In this document: positions 8,570 through 17,877 of the stretch, piece after piece | Position numbering within the stretch: the first letter of the stretch is position 1 | Layout of the letters: each line of letters starts with the position of its first letter | Assembly (NCBI GenBank): GCA_028704295.1 | Contig: JAQVLF010000001.1 | Coordinates: forward strand, 2,537 to 66,536 | Origin: Minisyncoccota bacterium | GTDB lineage: Bacteria > Patescibacteriota > Minisyncoccia > Minisyncoccales > Minisyncoccaceae | Direction: 5' to 3' | DNA: 64,000 nucleotides | Position numbers and translations under genes: made by a program | The notes under the pieces: generated by a model | Told to the model about the DNA's origin: nothing | Seen by the model: the letters and a program-made list of their open reading frames with translations, nothing else | Database searches by the model: none

Positions 8570-8990
8570 CTTAGTATTTAACTAGGCGATGAGATGATCC
8601 CGAAGACGCTAAACACGTTGATGAACTCTGTGTAGTATAGGACTCATGAAAACGGGAATTCCTATCAAAAAAAGGCAGTTACTGCCAGGACAACGAGCCT
8701 AGGATTAGAGCTTCTCGAATAGCTTTTTCCTATCGATTTTTTTGTATCAAAAAAAGAGGACTCTTCCATCTCGTAATATAACGGACGATTTCTCCGCCAA
8801 ACGGTAGAGGACTCTTCTACACCTCACAGTTAATCGGTACACGATCAAGTCCCTGTAAGGAAATAATCTCTTCCATGCCCTCCCTTCACTTTTTCGATAC
8901 TCTGTTCTCCAGATAGTAAATAATATATCATCCTCTCCGATGATAGGCACTGGTGTATTCATGCTAAATCTGAGCTTATTTTAAAAAAAT
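8570..8990. ncRNA. GC-elevated non-coding island of about 420 nt: candidate structured RNA or decayed foreign DNA (unassigned)
   Basis: No credible ORF is present; the only track ORF, 8747..8962, is Arg-rich and atypical for this proteome. There are many local hairpins: ggcag-tta-ctgcc at 8672..8684, atcatc-ctctcc-gatgat at 8926..8943, and a T7/A7 hairpin near 8737..8755. The 13-mer agaggactcttc plus one base occurs twice, at about 8754 and about 8806. A long-range pairing ctaggc (8581) / gcctag (8695) is possible. Confidence 0.3.
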
Positions 8991-9033
8991 AGTCAACCAA
9001 CCCCGCCCTAAAGGACGGGGCTTGCGGCAAAGG

Positions 9034-10170
9034 TTAGTCAATCTTCTTTTTACAAATATTATAAAATTCTAAAACTTGATCGGCAATTTTCTCCCAAGAA
9101 TAATTCTTGGCAGTCTCATACCCCCACTCACCCATTTCTTTTCTCAATTTTTCATCTTCAATCAAACTCTCTAATATTAAAGCTAATTTAGTAGAATCTC
9201 TGGGCGGAGCTAAGAACTTTTCTCCTTTTGTATTTTGCAAAAGCTCTTTGTAGCCTAAATTACTAAAACCGCAAACTGGTTTTTTGCACGCCATAGCTTC
9301 TAATAGAACTATTCCAAAACTTTCTCCAAAAATTGCAGGACTACAAAATATATCACAAGTATTAAAATATCTTGCAATACATTTTCCTGATTTTTGTCCT
9401 TCAAAAACAACGTCCTTAAGGTCGTTAAATCTAACAAACCTTTCACAATCTTTTCTCAATATTCCATCTCCAACAATAATTAGTCTCAAATTATTATGTT
9501 TTTCCTGAAGCAGCTTGTATGCCTCTAAAAGATAAATCAAACCTTTTCTTTCTTCTATTCTTCCTAAAAAAAGAATATTAATCTTACCATCTTTAAATTT
9601 AGAATATCCCTCAATATTAGGATTAAATTCATTTGTATCAATTCCATTAGGAATTACTTTCATTGGATTTTTGTACCCCTTAAACATTCTTAAAATTAGA
9701 TCTGCTACTCCAATTACACCATCCATTCTTTCATTTAAATTTTTAATAAACAATTTAGAAAAGTAAGGCATTCTTCTAAAAATAGGCATACTGTCTAAAT
9801 TGGCATGAAAAGTTAATATATTGCATGTATTCTGTTTGATTCCCTTCTGTGTTTCTAAAATTTGCCATGCTGAAGGCACGACAAAATTGTGAAAATGTAA
9901 AACATCGAACTTTTCTTTTTTCAAAACCTTTTTAATGGAAAAAGGATTCAAATTCATACAAAAATCTCCTTGAGTTCCACCAATGTTAAAAGGCAGAGAC
10001 ATCCCCATAATAATTACATTCTTTCCGTACTTTTCCCCAAACTTCCTTCTGGGAATAATAATTTTTGTTTCTATCCCCCTTTTCTCAAATTCTTTTGACA
10101 AGCCTAGGATATGATTTTTAACTCCCCCTGGATTAACAAAAGAATGGAAACATATAAAGCCTACTTTCAT
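9034..10170 (-). CDS. glycosyltransferase family 4 (GT-B, group 1)
   Basis: MKVGFICFHSFVNPGGVKNHI at the N-terminus and the E-x7-E region FGESFGIVLLEAMACKKPV. The start is placed at the MKV Met (10170) because the longer track ORF would overlap the dnaB start. Confidence 0.8.
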   Translation of the reverse strand: MKVGFICFHSFVNPGGVKNHILGLSKEFEKRGIETKIIIPRRKFGEKYGKNVIIMGMSLPFNIGGTQGDFCMNLNPFSIKKVLKKEKFDVLHFHNFVVPSAWQILETQKGIKQNTCNILTFHANLDSMPIFRRMPYFSKLFIKNLNERMDGVIGVADLILRMFKGYKNPMKVIPNGIDTNEFNPNIEGYSKFKDGKINILFLGRIEERKGLIYLLEAYKLLQEKHNNLRLIIVGDGILRKDCERFVRFNDLKDVVFEGQKSGKCIARYFNTCDIFCSPAIFGESFGIVLLEAMACKKPVCGFSNLGYKELLQNTKGEKFLAPPRDSTKLALILESLIEDEKLRKEMGEWGYETAKNYSWEKIADQVLEFYNICKKKID

Positions 10171-10210
10171 TTTATTGAAAAAAAATAATATTATGCTATC
10201 ATTATAATCA

Positions 10211-11623
10211 ATGTCAAACGAAATTGCAAACAAAATTCCCCCTCACGATTTAGAGGCTGAAATGAGCGTTTTAGGTTCTCTTATGCTAGATAAAGACGCT
10301 ATTATTAAAGTGGCTGATTTTTTAAGAGGAGAAGACTTTTATTACAAAAAGCACGAAAATATTTACAAAGTCCTAGAGGAACTATTTTCTAATGGAGAGC
10401 CAATAGATATCATTTCCGTTTCTTCTAAATTAAAAGAAAGGGATTTGATGGATAAGATTGGAGGACCCGCATATTTAACCGAACTCATAAACACTGTGCC
10501 AACAGCAAGCCATGTAATTACTTATGGCAAGATTGTACAAAAGAAAAGAATTTTAAGAGATTTGATTTCTACCGGTCAAGATATTGCTTTATCAGGTTAT
10601 GAAGAAGAAAAAGAGTCAGAAGAACTTTTAGACAATGCTGAGAGAAAAATATTTGAAATAACCCAAAAAAGCATGACTCAAGCTTTTACCTCTATTAAAC
10701 CGTGCTTAAAAGAAGCTTTTGAGAGAATGGAAAGAATATCAAATAAAGAAGGAAGATTAAGGGGCGTTTCAACAGGTTTTAATGATCTAGATAATTATTT
10801 ATCAGGGCTTCAAAAATCAGACTTAGTGATTTTGGCAGCAAGGCCTTCTATGGGTAAATCTAGTTTAGCACTGGACATTGCAAAAAGCGTTGCCTTAAAA
10901 GAACAAATGCCCGTAGGATTCTTTTCTCTTGAGATGTCTAATGATCAATTAGTAGATAGAATGATAAGCTCTGAAGCAAATGTTGACGCATGGAAAATCA
11001 GGCAAGGAACATTGTCCTCTCAAGGAGAAGATAATGATTTTCTCAAAATACAAAACGCTTTAGGCACCTTGTCAGATGCCCCAATATTTATAAATGATAC
11101 ATCGTCTATAACTGTACTGCAAATGAGAGCGATGGCTAGAAGATTAAAATCACAGCACGGTTTAGGACTAATTGTAATTGATTATTTGCAATTAATTGAA
11201 CCAAGTAATAAAAACATTGGCGCTGTACAGCAGATAACAGAAATCTCAAGGCAATTAAAAGGCCTTGCAAGGGAATTAGATGTTCCAGTCTTAGCTTTAT
11301 CCCAATTATCAAGAGCAGTTGAGCAAAGAACCCCTAGTATACCTAAACTATCAGATTTAAGAGATTCAGGTTCTATTGAGCAGGATGCTGACGTAGTGCT
11401 CTTTATTTATAGGGAAGAAGTTTATAGAAAAGAAACTCCAAGAAGAGGCATTGCAGATATAATTATCGCTAAGCATAGAAACGGCCCAATAGGAAAAGTT
11501 GAGCTATTCTTTGACAGCTCCAAATCAAGTTTTAGAAACTTAGAAAAAACAGGCATGGACTACAATGAAAGTTTTGGCAGCGACAATCCTCCTCAACCAA
11601 ATCCTATTGACATTGAATTTTAA
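10211..11623 (+). CDS. dnaB: replicative DNA helicase DnaB
   Basis: PPHDLEAEMSVLGSLM at the N-terminus, the Walker A ARPSMGKSS, IDYLQL, and SQLSRAVEQR. Confidence 0.93.
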   Translation: MSNEIANKIPPHDLEAEMSVLGSLMLDKDAIIKVADFLRGEDFYYKKHENIYKVLEELFSNGEPIDIISVSSKLKERDLMDKIGGPAYLTELINTVPTASHVITYGKIVQKKRILRDLISTGQDIALSGYEEEKESEELLDNAERKIFEITQKSMTQAFTSIKPCLKEAFERMERISNKEGRLRGVSTGFNDLDNYLSGLQKSDLVILAARPSMGKSSLALDIAKSVALKEQMPVGFFSLEMSNDQLVDRMISSEANVDAWKIRQGTLSSQGEDNDFLKIQNALGTLSDAPIFINDTSSITVLQMRAMARRLKSQHGLGLIVIDYLQLIEPSNKNIGAVQQITEISRQLKGLARELDVPVLALSQLSRAVEQRTPSIPKLSDLRDSGSIEQDADVVLFIYREEVYRKETPRRGIADIIIAKHRNGPIGKVELFFDSSKSSFRNLEKTGMDYNESFGSDNPPQPNPIDIEF

Positions 11624-11645
11624 AACCTCTCAATTTTGAGAGGTT
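11624..11645. terminator. bidirectional hairpin between the convergent genes dnaB and rplU
   Basis: aacctctc (11624..11631) pairs with gagaggtt (11638..11645) around the loop aatttt. A/T runs flank both sides. Confidence 0.55.
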
Positions 11646-11651
11646 TATTAT

Positions 11652-11966
11652 TTACTTTGAAACAATTTCAGATATTTCTACTTCAGTGAATGGCTGCCTG
11701 TGTCCTTTTTTAACTTTGTATCTCTTTTTAGGCTTCTTTTTAAATATAATGACTTTTTCACTTCTATCCTGTTTTAAAACCTTGCCTGAAACGCTGGCTC
11801 CCTTAATAGTAGGTTCTCCAATAATAGTTTTCCCTTCATTATTAATCAACAAAACCTCTTCAAAAGTTACACTTTTGCCTTCTTCAATATCTATTTTTTC
11901 AACTTTAATTTTCTTTCCTGGGCTAACAATGTATTGCTTGCCTCCTGTTTTAATCACGGCTAACAT
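11652..11966 (-). CDS. rplU: 50S ribosomal protein L21
   Basis: MLAVIKTGGKQYIVSPG is the canonical L21 N-terminus, so the start is taken at the internal Met at 11966. Confidence 0.88.
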   Translation of the reverse strand: MLAVIKTGGKQYIVSPGKKIKVEKIDIEEGKSVTFEEVLLINNEGKTIIGEPTIKGASVSGKVLKQDRSEKVIIFKKKPKKRYKVKKGHRQPFTEVEISEIVSK

Positions 11967-12028
11967 AATATTTTCTTTTGATTTTAAATTAAATAACAAC
12001 GATATATTAACAATTTTTTAAGTATTCG

Positions 12029-13048
12029 TCAATATTCAGAAACTATTTTTATAATCTTCTCCGAAAGTTCTTTAAATTCTTTCCTTGCCTTATCAATATT
12101 TTCTTTAGTGCCTTGATGAATATCTTCTATTAAATCCTCTGGCAAATCAAAAATTGCCATGCCTACTTCCTGACATTTAAAAGGGATTCTCCCATAATCC
12201 TGTATTTTTTCCAAAGGTTCTTTCCAACTCTTCTCAACAAGCCCATTCCTGCAATGTTTTTCGGATAAATATTCTTTTACTTTCATTGGAATTTCTTCTA
12301 TCCAATGACGATGATCTTTGATTGGATTTTTTGCATATACATTGTAAGAATTTACTATGTATCCAATAAACAGCCCTTCTCCAGAAAGCACAAATTTGTT
12401 TTCAGTATTTCCTGAAAGTGCCTTTCCAGTTATTTTCCAGTTATTCTTCCATTTTTCAAACATGCTTCCTAGATTCTCAATTCCCTGCACACTGAAAGCA
12501 TCAGGCATCATCGGCACCACAAAATAGTCTGATCCAAGAAAAATAATCTGATTCAGAAGTGAAAGGCTTGGGGAAGTATCAATGACAAAGATATCTACCT
12601 CCTCCATAAGACCCTTTTCTCTTAGAAATCTATCTATAGCGCTTGTTTGAAAGTATCCTAATTGCTGCCCTGATGCCGCCAATCCATAAGCTGTAGTCAA
12701 TAAATTTTCATATAATGATAAATTGACGCTGCCCTTAAGTAAAAAAAGTTTTTCATTAATGCTTGAAATAGGGATAAAAGGTACTTTTAAATCAACATCT
12801 GAACCTCCTTCAACTATTCCTTTAAGTACATCATAAATATCTTTTTCGACAGAAGAAAAGAGGGTCTTTTCATATTGATTGTCACCTATAGCCAAACGCG
12901 AAAGATTGCATTGAGGATCTAAATCAATTAGGACTGTTTTATACCCTTTTCTTGCAAAAGATACGGCACAGTTAAAAGCTAGGGTTGTCTTTCCAACCCC
13001 GCCTTTATTATTCGCGAACAATAATTTCTTATATCTAGAAAACTTCAT
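12029..13048 (-). CDS. ParA/MinD-family P-loop ATPase with a long C-terminal extension
   Basis: The deviant Walker A NNKGGVGKTT is followed by LIDLDPQCN and VIDTSPS. No parB-like gene is adjacent. Confidence 0.65.
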   Translation of the reverse strand: MKFSRYKKLLFANNKGGVGKTTLAFNCAVSFARKGYKTVLIDLDPQCNLSRLAIGDNQYEKTLFSSVEKDIYDVLKGIVEGGSDVDLKVPFIPISSINEKLFLLKGSVNLSLYENLLTTAYGLAASGQQLGYFQTSAIDRFLREKGLMEEVDIFVIDTSPSLSLLNQIIFLGSDYFVVPMMPDAFSVQGIENLGSMFEKWKNNWKITGKALSGNTENKFVLSGEGLFIGYIVNSYNVYAKNPIKDHRHWIEEIPMKVKEYLSEKHCRNGLVEKSWKEPLEKIQDYGRIPFKCQEVGMAIFDLPEDLIEDIHQGTKENIDKARKEFKELSEKIIKIVSEY

Positions 13049-13090
13049 CTTTATTCAAATGATAACTTAGTTATATCTTCAATGTCAATA

Positions 13091-14062
13091 TTAAAGACTA
13101 ACAATAATTTCCATTATTATAAAAATCACATAAAGGCTAACCAAAAACAGGGCCTCTCCTTTTGTGATTTTTTTGTCAGTTCTACCAAATATCAAAAACA
13201 TAATACATGCAATTAAAAGAATAGCTCGAGCAATAGCAAAATTACTAAATCCACTAATTGGAATAGGATGAATTAAGGACACTATTCCAAGTACAAGGGT
13301 TGCAGGCACAATAACGCACCCCATAATGTTTCCTAAAACCATGTAATTATTCTGCTTTTGAGAAGATTTTATCGTAAAATAAAGTTCTGGAGCTGCATTT
13401 CCAAAGCCTACAATAAAAATTCCAACTAAGATAACTGGCATACTCAATCCTTCTGCCAAACCTTCAGCAGACCACACAATTCCTTGTGCTGCAATTACTA
13501 TTAAAAATATACCTAAAATCGTTTTTCCAAGATTTTCTAAAAATATAATAAAAGCTTTTCCTAAATCATTATGAAGCCCTTCTTCATCATAAGGCCTCGT
13601 GAATCTTTCTTTTTTGGCAAAAAGCCAAAATATGTAAGTGAAATAGAAGAATATAAGAATTACGCCATCTGCTCTAGATAAAAAATTATCAAGGCAAAGC
13701 ATTAAAGGCAAAACGGTAGCTCCTAAAGTAAAAAATAAGGTCGTATTTATTGTCCTACTATCCGTTACTATAGCCCTTCCTGTTAAAAGAATGGGAAGCG
13801 CTAATACAAGTGTTAAGTCAATAATATTTCCGCTTATAACTTCCCCTAAGGAAAGCTCTGGAATTCCTTGCAAGGCTGATGAAATTCCAACAAATAAATT
13901 AGGAAGAGATCCAAAAAGACCCATAACTAAAAAAGATAAAACAAATTCCCTCCATCCTAAATATCTTGCAACATTCATAACCCCATCAACAACCCATTCT
14001 CCTGCAAAATATATAATAAGGCAAGAAACTATAAATACTGCAATTAATATAATAAAAGACAT
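13091..14062 (-). CDS. Ca2+/Na+ antiporter family (CaCA/YrbG-like) membrane protein
   Basis: About 10 predicted TM helices with two alpha-repeat-like blocks (GSLPNLFVGISS and GNAAPELYFTI). Confidence 0.6.
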   Translation of the reverse strand: MSFIILIAVFIVSCLIIYFAGEWVVDGVMNVARYLGWREFVLSFLVMGLFGSLPNLFVGISSALQGIPELSLGEVISGNIIDLTLVLALPILLTGRAIVTDSRTINTTLFFTLGATVLPLMLCLDNFLSRADGVILIFFYFTYIFWLFAKKERFTRPYDEEGLHNDLGKAFIIFLENLGKTILGIFLIVIAAQGIVWSAEGLAEGLSMPVILVGIFIVGFGNAAPELYFTIKSSQKQNNYMVLGNIMGCVIVPATLVLGIVSLIHPIPISGFSNFAIARAILLIACIMFLIFGRTDKKITKGEALFLVSLYVIFIIMEIIVSL

Positions 14063-14064
14063 AT

Positions 14065-15159
14065 CTATTTATTAAAAAATGTGATTATTTCGTAAAGCAT
14101 ACCCAGCACAAATAAAAGAAAAAGTGGATAAGTTAATACTTTTATTTTTCTATTAATTCTACCATAAATTAAAAGGATTAAAATACCATCTATCGCAAAC
14201 AAAAGTCCTCCAACAAAAGATATTACTCCTAGAAAACTATTTATACCTAGAAGAAAAAGGGTAATAGGAACTCCGCAAGTTATTATTGTGGAAGTATTCT
14301 TCTTTAATCCTAAATCAAACCAAAGTATTTTTTGAAGCGTTAAGCCAATTGTTATAAAGGAAGTAAACGTTGTTAAAATTCCAAAAGCCATTAATGCAAA
14401 CCCTATATCTCCCCCTATAATTGATTGCAAGCAATTCAATGATTCCTCGGAAACTCCAGTTCCGCAAACAGAAAGCACAAGAGCGGTAAAAAATGCATAA
14501 ACAATAAAGCAGATTATAAATGAAGCAATAACTATTTTTTTCAAATCTTTTCTCTCTTTTAAAAGCAGTTCTTCTGCTTCTGGAACAATTGAAATTCCCC
14601 ATAATGAAAACAAAACAGGTCCATATGGAAGAAATAAATATTCTGGATTGAATGCAATGTTTAAGTTGGAAATATCTATAAAATTTATTGATTTTAAAAA
14701 TATTAAAATTAAAAATACGAAGAATAAAATAACTCCATAAAACTCAACCTTAGAAATAATCTTTATTCCAAAAATTATCAAAATCGCTCCTAAAGCAAAG
14801 TAAATTAAGGTTGCGTAAAAAGGATCAATGTTTAAAATATTAGACAAAAATTCCCCTCCGATAATTAAATAAGCTAAAATAGTTCCAATTATTCCAAAAA
14901 TATTAGAAAAAAATGCAGCTTTTTCTCCCTTCTTACCTAAATACATTTTGGCAAAACCAGGAAGCCTCTTATTGTCCGGAGACTTTAGTGCAATCTCTGC
15001 AACCATTAAATGGATAAGCATGGCTAATAGCCCCAAAAACAATAGATAAAAAAGCATGGGTAATGTTCCTGACTTTGATACAGTATATGGCAAGGAAAAT
15101 ATTCCTGCCCCAATAATTGATCCTGCTAAAATTGCAATCGCGTAAATTTGTTTGCTCAT
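14065..15159 (-). CDS. amino-acid permease/transporter family membrane protein
   Basis: The N-terminus AGSIIGAGIFSLPYTVSKSG is typical of the Trp/Tyr-permease and Aa_trans families. The protein is polytopic. Confidence 0.55.
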   Translation of the reverse strand: MSKQIYAIAILAGSIIGAGIFSLPYTVSKSGTLPMLFYLLFLGLLAMLIHLMVAEIALKSPDNKRLPGFAKMYLGKKGEKAAFFSNIFGIIGTILAYLIIGGEFLSNILNIDPFYATLIYFALGAILIIFGIKIISKVEFYGVILFFVFLILIFLKSINFIDISNLNIAFNPEYLFLPYGPVLFSLWGISIVPEAEELLLKERKDLKKIVIASFIICFIVYAFFTALVLSVCGTGVSEESLNCLQSIIGGDIGFALMAFGILTTFTSFITIGLTLQKILWFDLGLKKNTSTIITCGVPITLFLLGINSFLGVISFVGGLLFAIDGILILLIYGRINRKIKVLTYPLFLLFVLGMLYEIITFFNK

Positions 15160-15782
15160 AGTATAAGTTTTCCTTGAGTTATTAAATCAGCCAAATAAAC
15201 TGTTAGATAAAAAAGATAATCTAAAACAGGAGTTAAAAATAGAACAAAAATTAAAATCAAAAATCCAAATTGAGACAATACGGCTTTTAATTGATAATTA
15301 TTTCTTAAAAAGGAGAACAATACATGGGAACCATCCAGTGGTGGAATAGGAATTAAGTTAAACAAAGCTAGAACAATATTATAAATGATGGCTAAAGATA
15401 AAATCATTGTTAAAGTTTCTGGAAGCTCAAAAAATCTTACCAAAAGACCACACACGATTCCAACTAAAATATTTGATAATGGCCCTGCAAGCGCAACTTT
15501 AAGCTCTCCCCATTTTTTATCAATTAGATTATTAAAATTAACTGGGACTGGCTTTGCCCATCCAATTACAATTGGAGAATTAATAAATACAAGCATTAAA
15601 GGAAGCAAAATTGTTCCCACTAAATCAATATGCTTTACAGGGTTTAAAGATAATCTTCCCTCTCTTTTAGCAGTTTCGTCTCCTAATTGGTGGGCCATGC
15701 TTCCATGAGAAACCTCGTGAATAACAATTGAAAATATTAAGACAACAAAACTTGCTATTGTTAATGGATTTAAAATATTCAT
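15156..15782 (-). CDS. site-2 protease family (M50) zinc metalloprotease
   Basis: An HEVSHG (HExxH) motif lies in the first TM helix and LNLIPIPPLDGSH in a later helix. Confidence 0.75.
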   Translation of the reverse strand: MNILNPLTIASFVVLIFSIVIHEVSHGSMAHQLGDETAKREGRLSLNPVKHIDLVGTILLPLMLVFINSPIVIGWAKPVPVNFNNLIDKKWGELKVALAGPLSNILVGIVCGLLVRFFELPETLTMILSLAIIYNIVLALFNLIPIPPLDGSHVLFSFLRNNYQLKAVLSQFGFLILIFVLFLTPVLDYLFYLTVYLADLITQGKLIL

Positions 15783-15842
15783 ACTAAAATATTACCACGT
15801 TTAAAAGGGACTTGCAATTATTTTAATTTTTGCTATATATAA

Positions 15843-16070
15843 TTGTATATGGCAAAAGTATGTAAAATTTGTGAAAAGAAATCAGCAATGGGCAGACAAT
15901 ACAAAAAGTTGATTTCTAAATATAATCCTAGTCCAAAGAAAAGAAAATATCCTAATTTACAATGGGTTTCTGTTCCAGAAGACACAATAAAAGAAGCTTA
16001 CAAGCAATACGCTGGCAAGAAAATTTTAGCTTGCACTAAATGTATTAAAGCTTTGAGCAAGGAAAAATAA
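15843..16070 (+). CDS. rpmB: 50S ribosomal protein L28 (probable)
   Basis: MAKVCKICEKK...G start and a PNLQ motif. The protein is small and basic. The start may be the Met at 15849. Confidence 0.6.
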   Translation: MYMAKVCKICEKKSAMGRQYKKLISKYNPSPKKRKYPNLQWVSVPEDTIKEAYKQYAGKKILACTKCIKALSKEK

Positions 16071-16086
16071 TATTTAATAGAAAATG

Positions 16087-16110
16087 CCTCCTTTATTAGG
16101 AGGTTTTTGT
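16087..16110 (+). terminator. intrinsic terminator after rpmB
   Basis: cctcct (16087..16092) pairs with aggagg (16098..16103), followed by a T-run. Confidence 0.65.
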
Positions 16111-16142
16111 TTTTTAGAGAAAATAAAAACCGGGTGAAAGTA

Positions 16143-16262
16143 TCAGGCTTTTGTTCTGAGTACCTCTTCCCGGGAGGGAACGTCTTTTTGTTCTGCGTAC
16201 TTTGCAAGCACGTCGATTGTTTCCTGGGCCCTTCTAAGCCACGTGGGATCATCCTCTTTCAT
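16143..16262 (-). CDS. candidate 39-aa ORF in a GC-elevated island (it could instead be an RNA)
   Basis: ATG at 16262, TGA at 16145..16143. It translates as MKEDDPTWLRRAQETIDVLAKYAEQKDVPSREEVLRTKA. A minus-strand hairpin ccggg...cccgg plus a U5 run near 16128..16175 overlaps the 3' end of this ORF, with its U-run just downstream of the stop. It is too short for the ORF track. Confidence 0.2.
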   Translation of the reverse strand: MKEDDPTWLRRAQETIDVLAKYAEQKDVPSREEVLRTKA

Positions 16263-16537
16263 GACTACCACAGCAATAATAACATAAATCATAAAAAAGT
16301 CTAGACTAAAACTAAATTCTTAATAAAAATACCCATCAAACTGATAGGTATCTTTATATTGCCCTGCTCCGATTAAAAGAAATTCTGTAAGTGCTCTAGT
16401 GGGTTTCGTACTTAAATCGCCATGACAATTTAAGAATCAGAATCCCTAGAAAAAAGCGTTCAGAAAACTTTTAAAGAGCTGGGCATGCTAAGTATACTAT
16501 CATTCATTTTATTTATCAATATTTTATAACAGTAAAA

Positions 16538-16562
16538 CCCCTGATGCGCAGGGGCTTTTTTC
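16538..16562. terminator. bidirectional terminator hairpin downstream of the cupin gene
   Basis: cccctg (16538..16543) pairs with cagggg (16549..16554). An A-run lies on one side and a T-run on the other. Confidence 0.6.
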
Positions 16563-16563
16563 T

Positions 16564-16971
16564 TTATTCTTCTTCCTTAGTCTCTCCTTCATAAACATCA
16601 TTATCATCATTCATCGCATCCTCTTTTGTTGTATGAGTTGTACCATCGCGATGTTCTGGTGGAGAATAAATAGTATAAAGCTTCATTTTATCTGTGTCTG
16701 AGGAATTTACGATATTATGCTTAGTTCCAGCAGGGACAACAATTGCAAAACCATCCATAATATCGTGCTCTTGATCGTTCAAAATTACTTTACCACTTCC
16801 AGCCTCAACTCTAATAAATTGATCCAAATCTTCGTGTGTCTCTTCTCCAATTTCTTCTCCTGGATTAAGAGACATTAGAACTAATTGAGAATTTTCAGCT
16901 GTATAGACAACTTTTCGAAAATTTTCATTCTCTTTAGTGTCTTTTTCAATATTTGTAACATAACCGTTCAT
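16564..16971 (-). CDS. cupin domain protein
   Basis: GEEIGEETHEDLDQFIRVEAGSG and VVPAGTKHNIVN are the two cupin motifs. Confidence 0.75.
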   Translation of the reverse strand: MNGYVTNIEKDTKENENFRKVVYTAENSQLVLMSLNPGEEIGEETHEDLDQFIRVEAGSGKVILNDQEHDIMDGFAIVVPAGTKHNIVNSSDTDKMKLYTIYSPPEHRDGTTHTTKEDAMNDDNDVYEGETKEEE

Positions 16972-17049
16972 ATTTTTAAAATTTAACTTATTATATTTTA
17001 ATGACCTTTATTTAATTATACCATTTATTGTTAAGAGGCGTCAAAACGA

Positions 17050-17877
17050 CTATTTCTTTAAAAATATGTTCTGTTTATCTGAATAAAAAATTACGTCTCC
17101 CTCAGTATCAGTTCTTAAAATTTTTACATTATTTTCGTTAAAAAGTTCAATAACACTTTTATCAGGGTGACCATAACTATTTTTCCCAACCTGAATTACG
17201 GCACAATTAGGAGAAACCTCGTTTAAAAATTCTTGTCCTGTTGAATACTTAGATCCATGGTGCCCAACTTTTAATACGTCACTCCTTAAATTAAACTTTT
17301 GAATTAAATCATCTTCAAAATTAATAGATAAATCCCCCATTAGAAGAAAACTCGAATCACCGTAGATTAATTTCATGACAATAGAAGTATCGTTCAAATC
17401 ACCTATATTATTAACATCTATAATTGGATTATATACTTCAAATTCAGCGTCTCCTACCAAGATTTTATCGTAAACATCTACCGTAATGACTTTTTCATCT
17501 TTAATCAAATTTTCAAATTCGCTAAACAATTGAGATTCGCTTTGAGCGCCTGTATGAATTACAGCATCAACATCGTAGGTCTTTAAAACAGAAATCAATC
17601 CCCCCAAATGATCTTTATCCGGATGAGTTAAAATAATTAAATCAATTTCTTTATCAAAAGGATTCATAAATTTTTCAAGATTGTTCAAGATAGATTTATC
17701 AGGGCCTCCATCAACTAAAATTTGATGGCCCTCCTTTGTTTCAATAAAGATTGAATCTCCTTGTCCGACATTAAAAAAGATAACCTTCAAATTGTCATCT
17801 TTTTTTAAAACTAAACTCCAAGCTATAAAATTAAATATTATTAAGGAAATTAAAATAAATAATACTTTCTTATTCAT
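17050..17877 (-). CDS. MBL-fold metallo-hydrolase, resembling the ComEC C-terminal domain
   Basis: An N-terminal TM anchor, then VGQGDS, LTHPDKDHLGGL and KVGHHGS. Confidence 0.65.
   Translation of the reverse strand: MNKKVLFILISLIIFNFIAWSLVLKKDDNLKVIFFNVGQGDSIFIETKEGHQILVDGGPDKSILNNLEKFMNPFDKEIDLIILTHPDKDHLGGLISVLKTYDVDAVIHTGAQSESQLFSEFENLIKDEKVITVDVYDKILVGDAEFEVYNPIIDVNNIGDLNDTSIVMKLIYGDSSFLLMGDLSINFEDDLIQKFNLRSDVLKVGHHGSKYSTGQEFLNEVSPNCAVIQVGKNSYGHPDKSVIELFNENNVKILRTDTEGDVIFYSDKQNIFLKK

Noticed and set aside
8747-8962. 71-aa track ORF inside the GC-rich island
   Set aside because: Its Arg-rich, Lys-poor composition is atypical for this genome. It has no RBS or start context and no motif, so I treated the region as non-coding.
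8570-8990. RNase P RNA or tmRNA identity for the GC-rich island
   Set aside because: Neither strand contains GGAAAGUCC or ACAGAA..GGCUUA (RNase P), or a 5' GGGG..UUCGAC plus a 3' T-arm/ACCA (tmRNA). The nearest strings, AAGAGUCC and AAGUCCCUG, are too divergent to call.
15998-16304. Track ORFs 15998..16252 (-) and 16107..16304 (+)
   Set aside because: They overlap rpmB and its terminator or span the GC island. Their Cys/Arg/Pro-rich translations are odd, so they are probably not genes.
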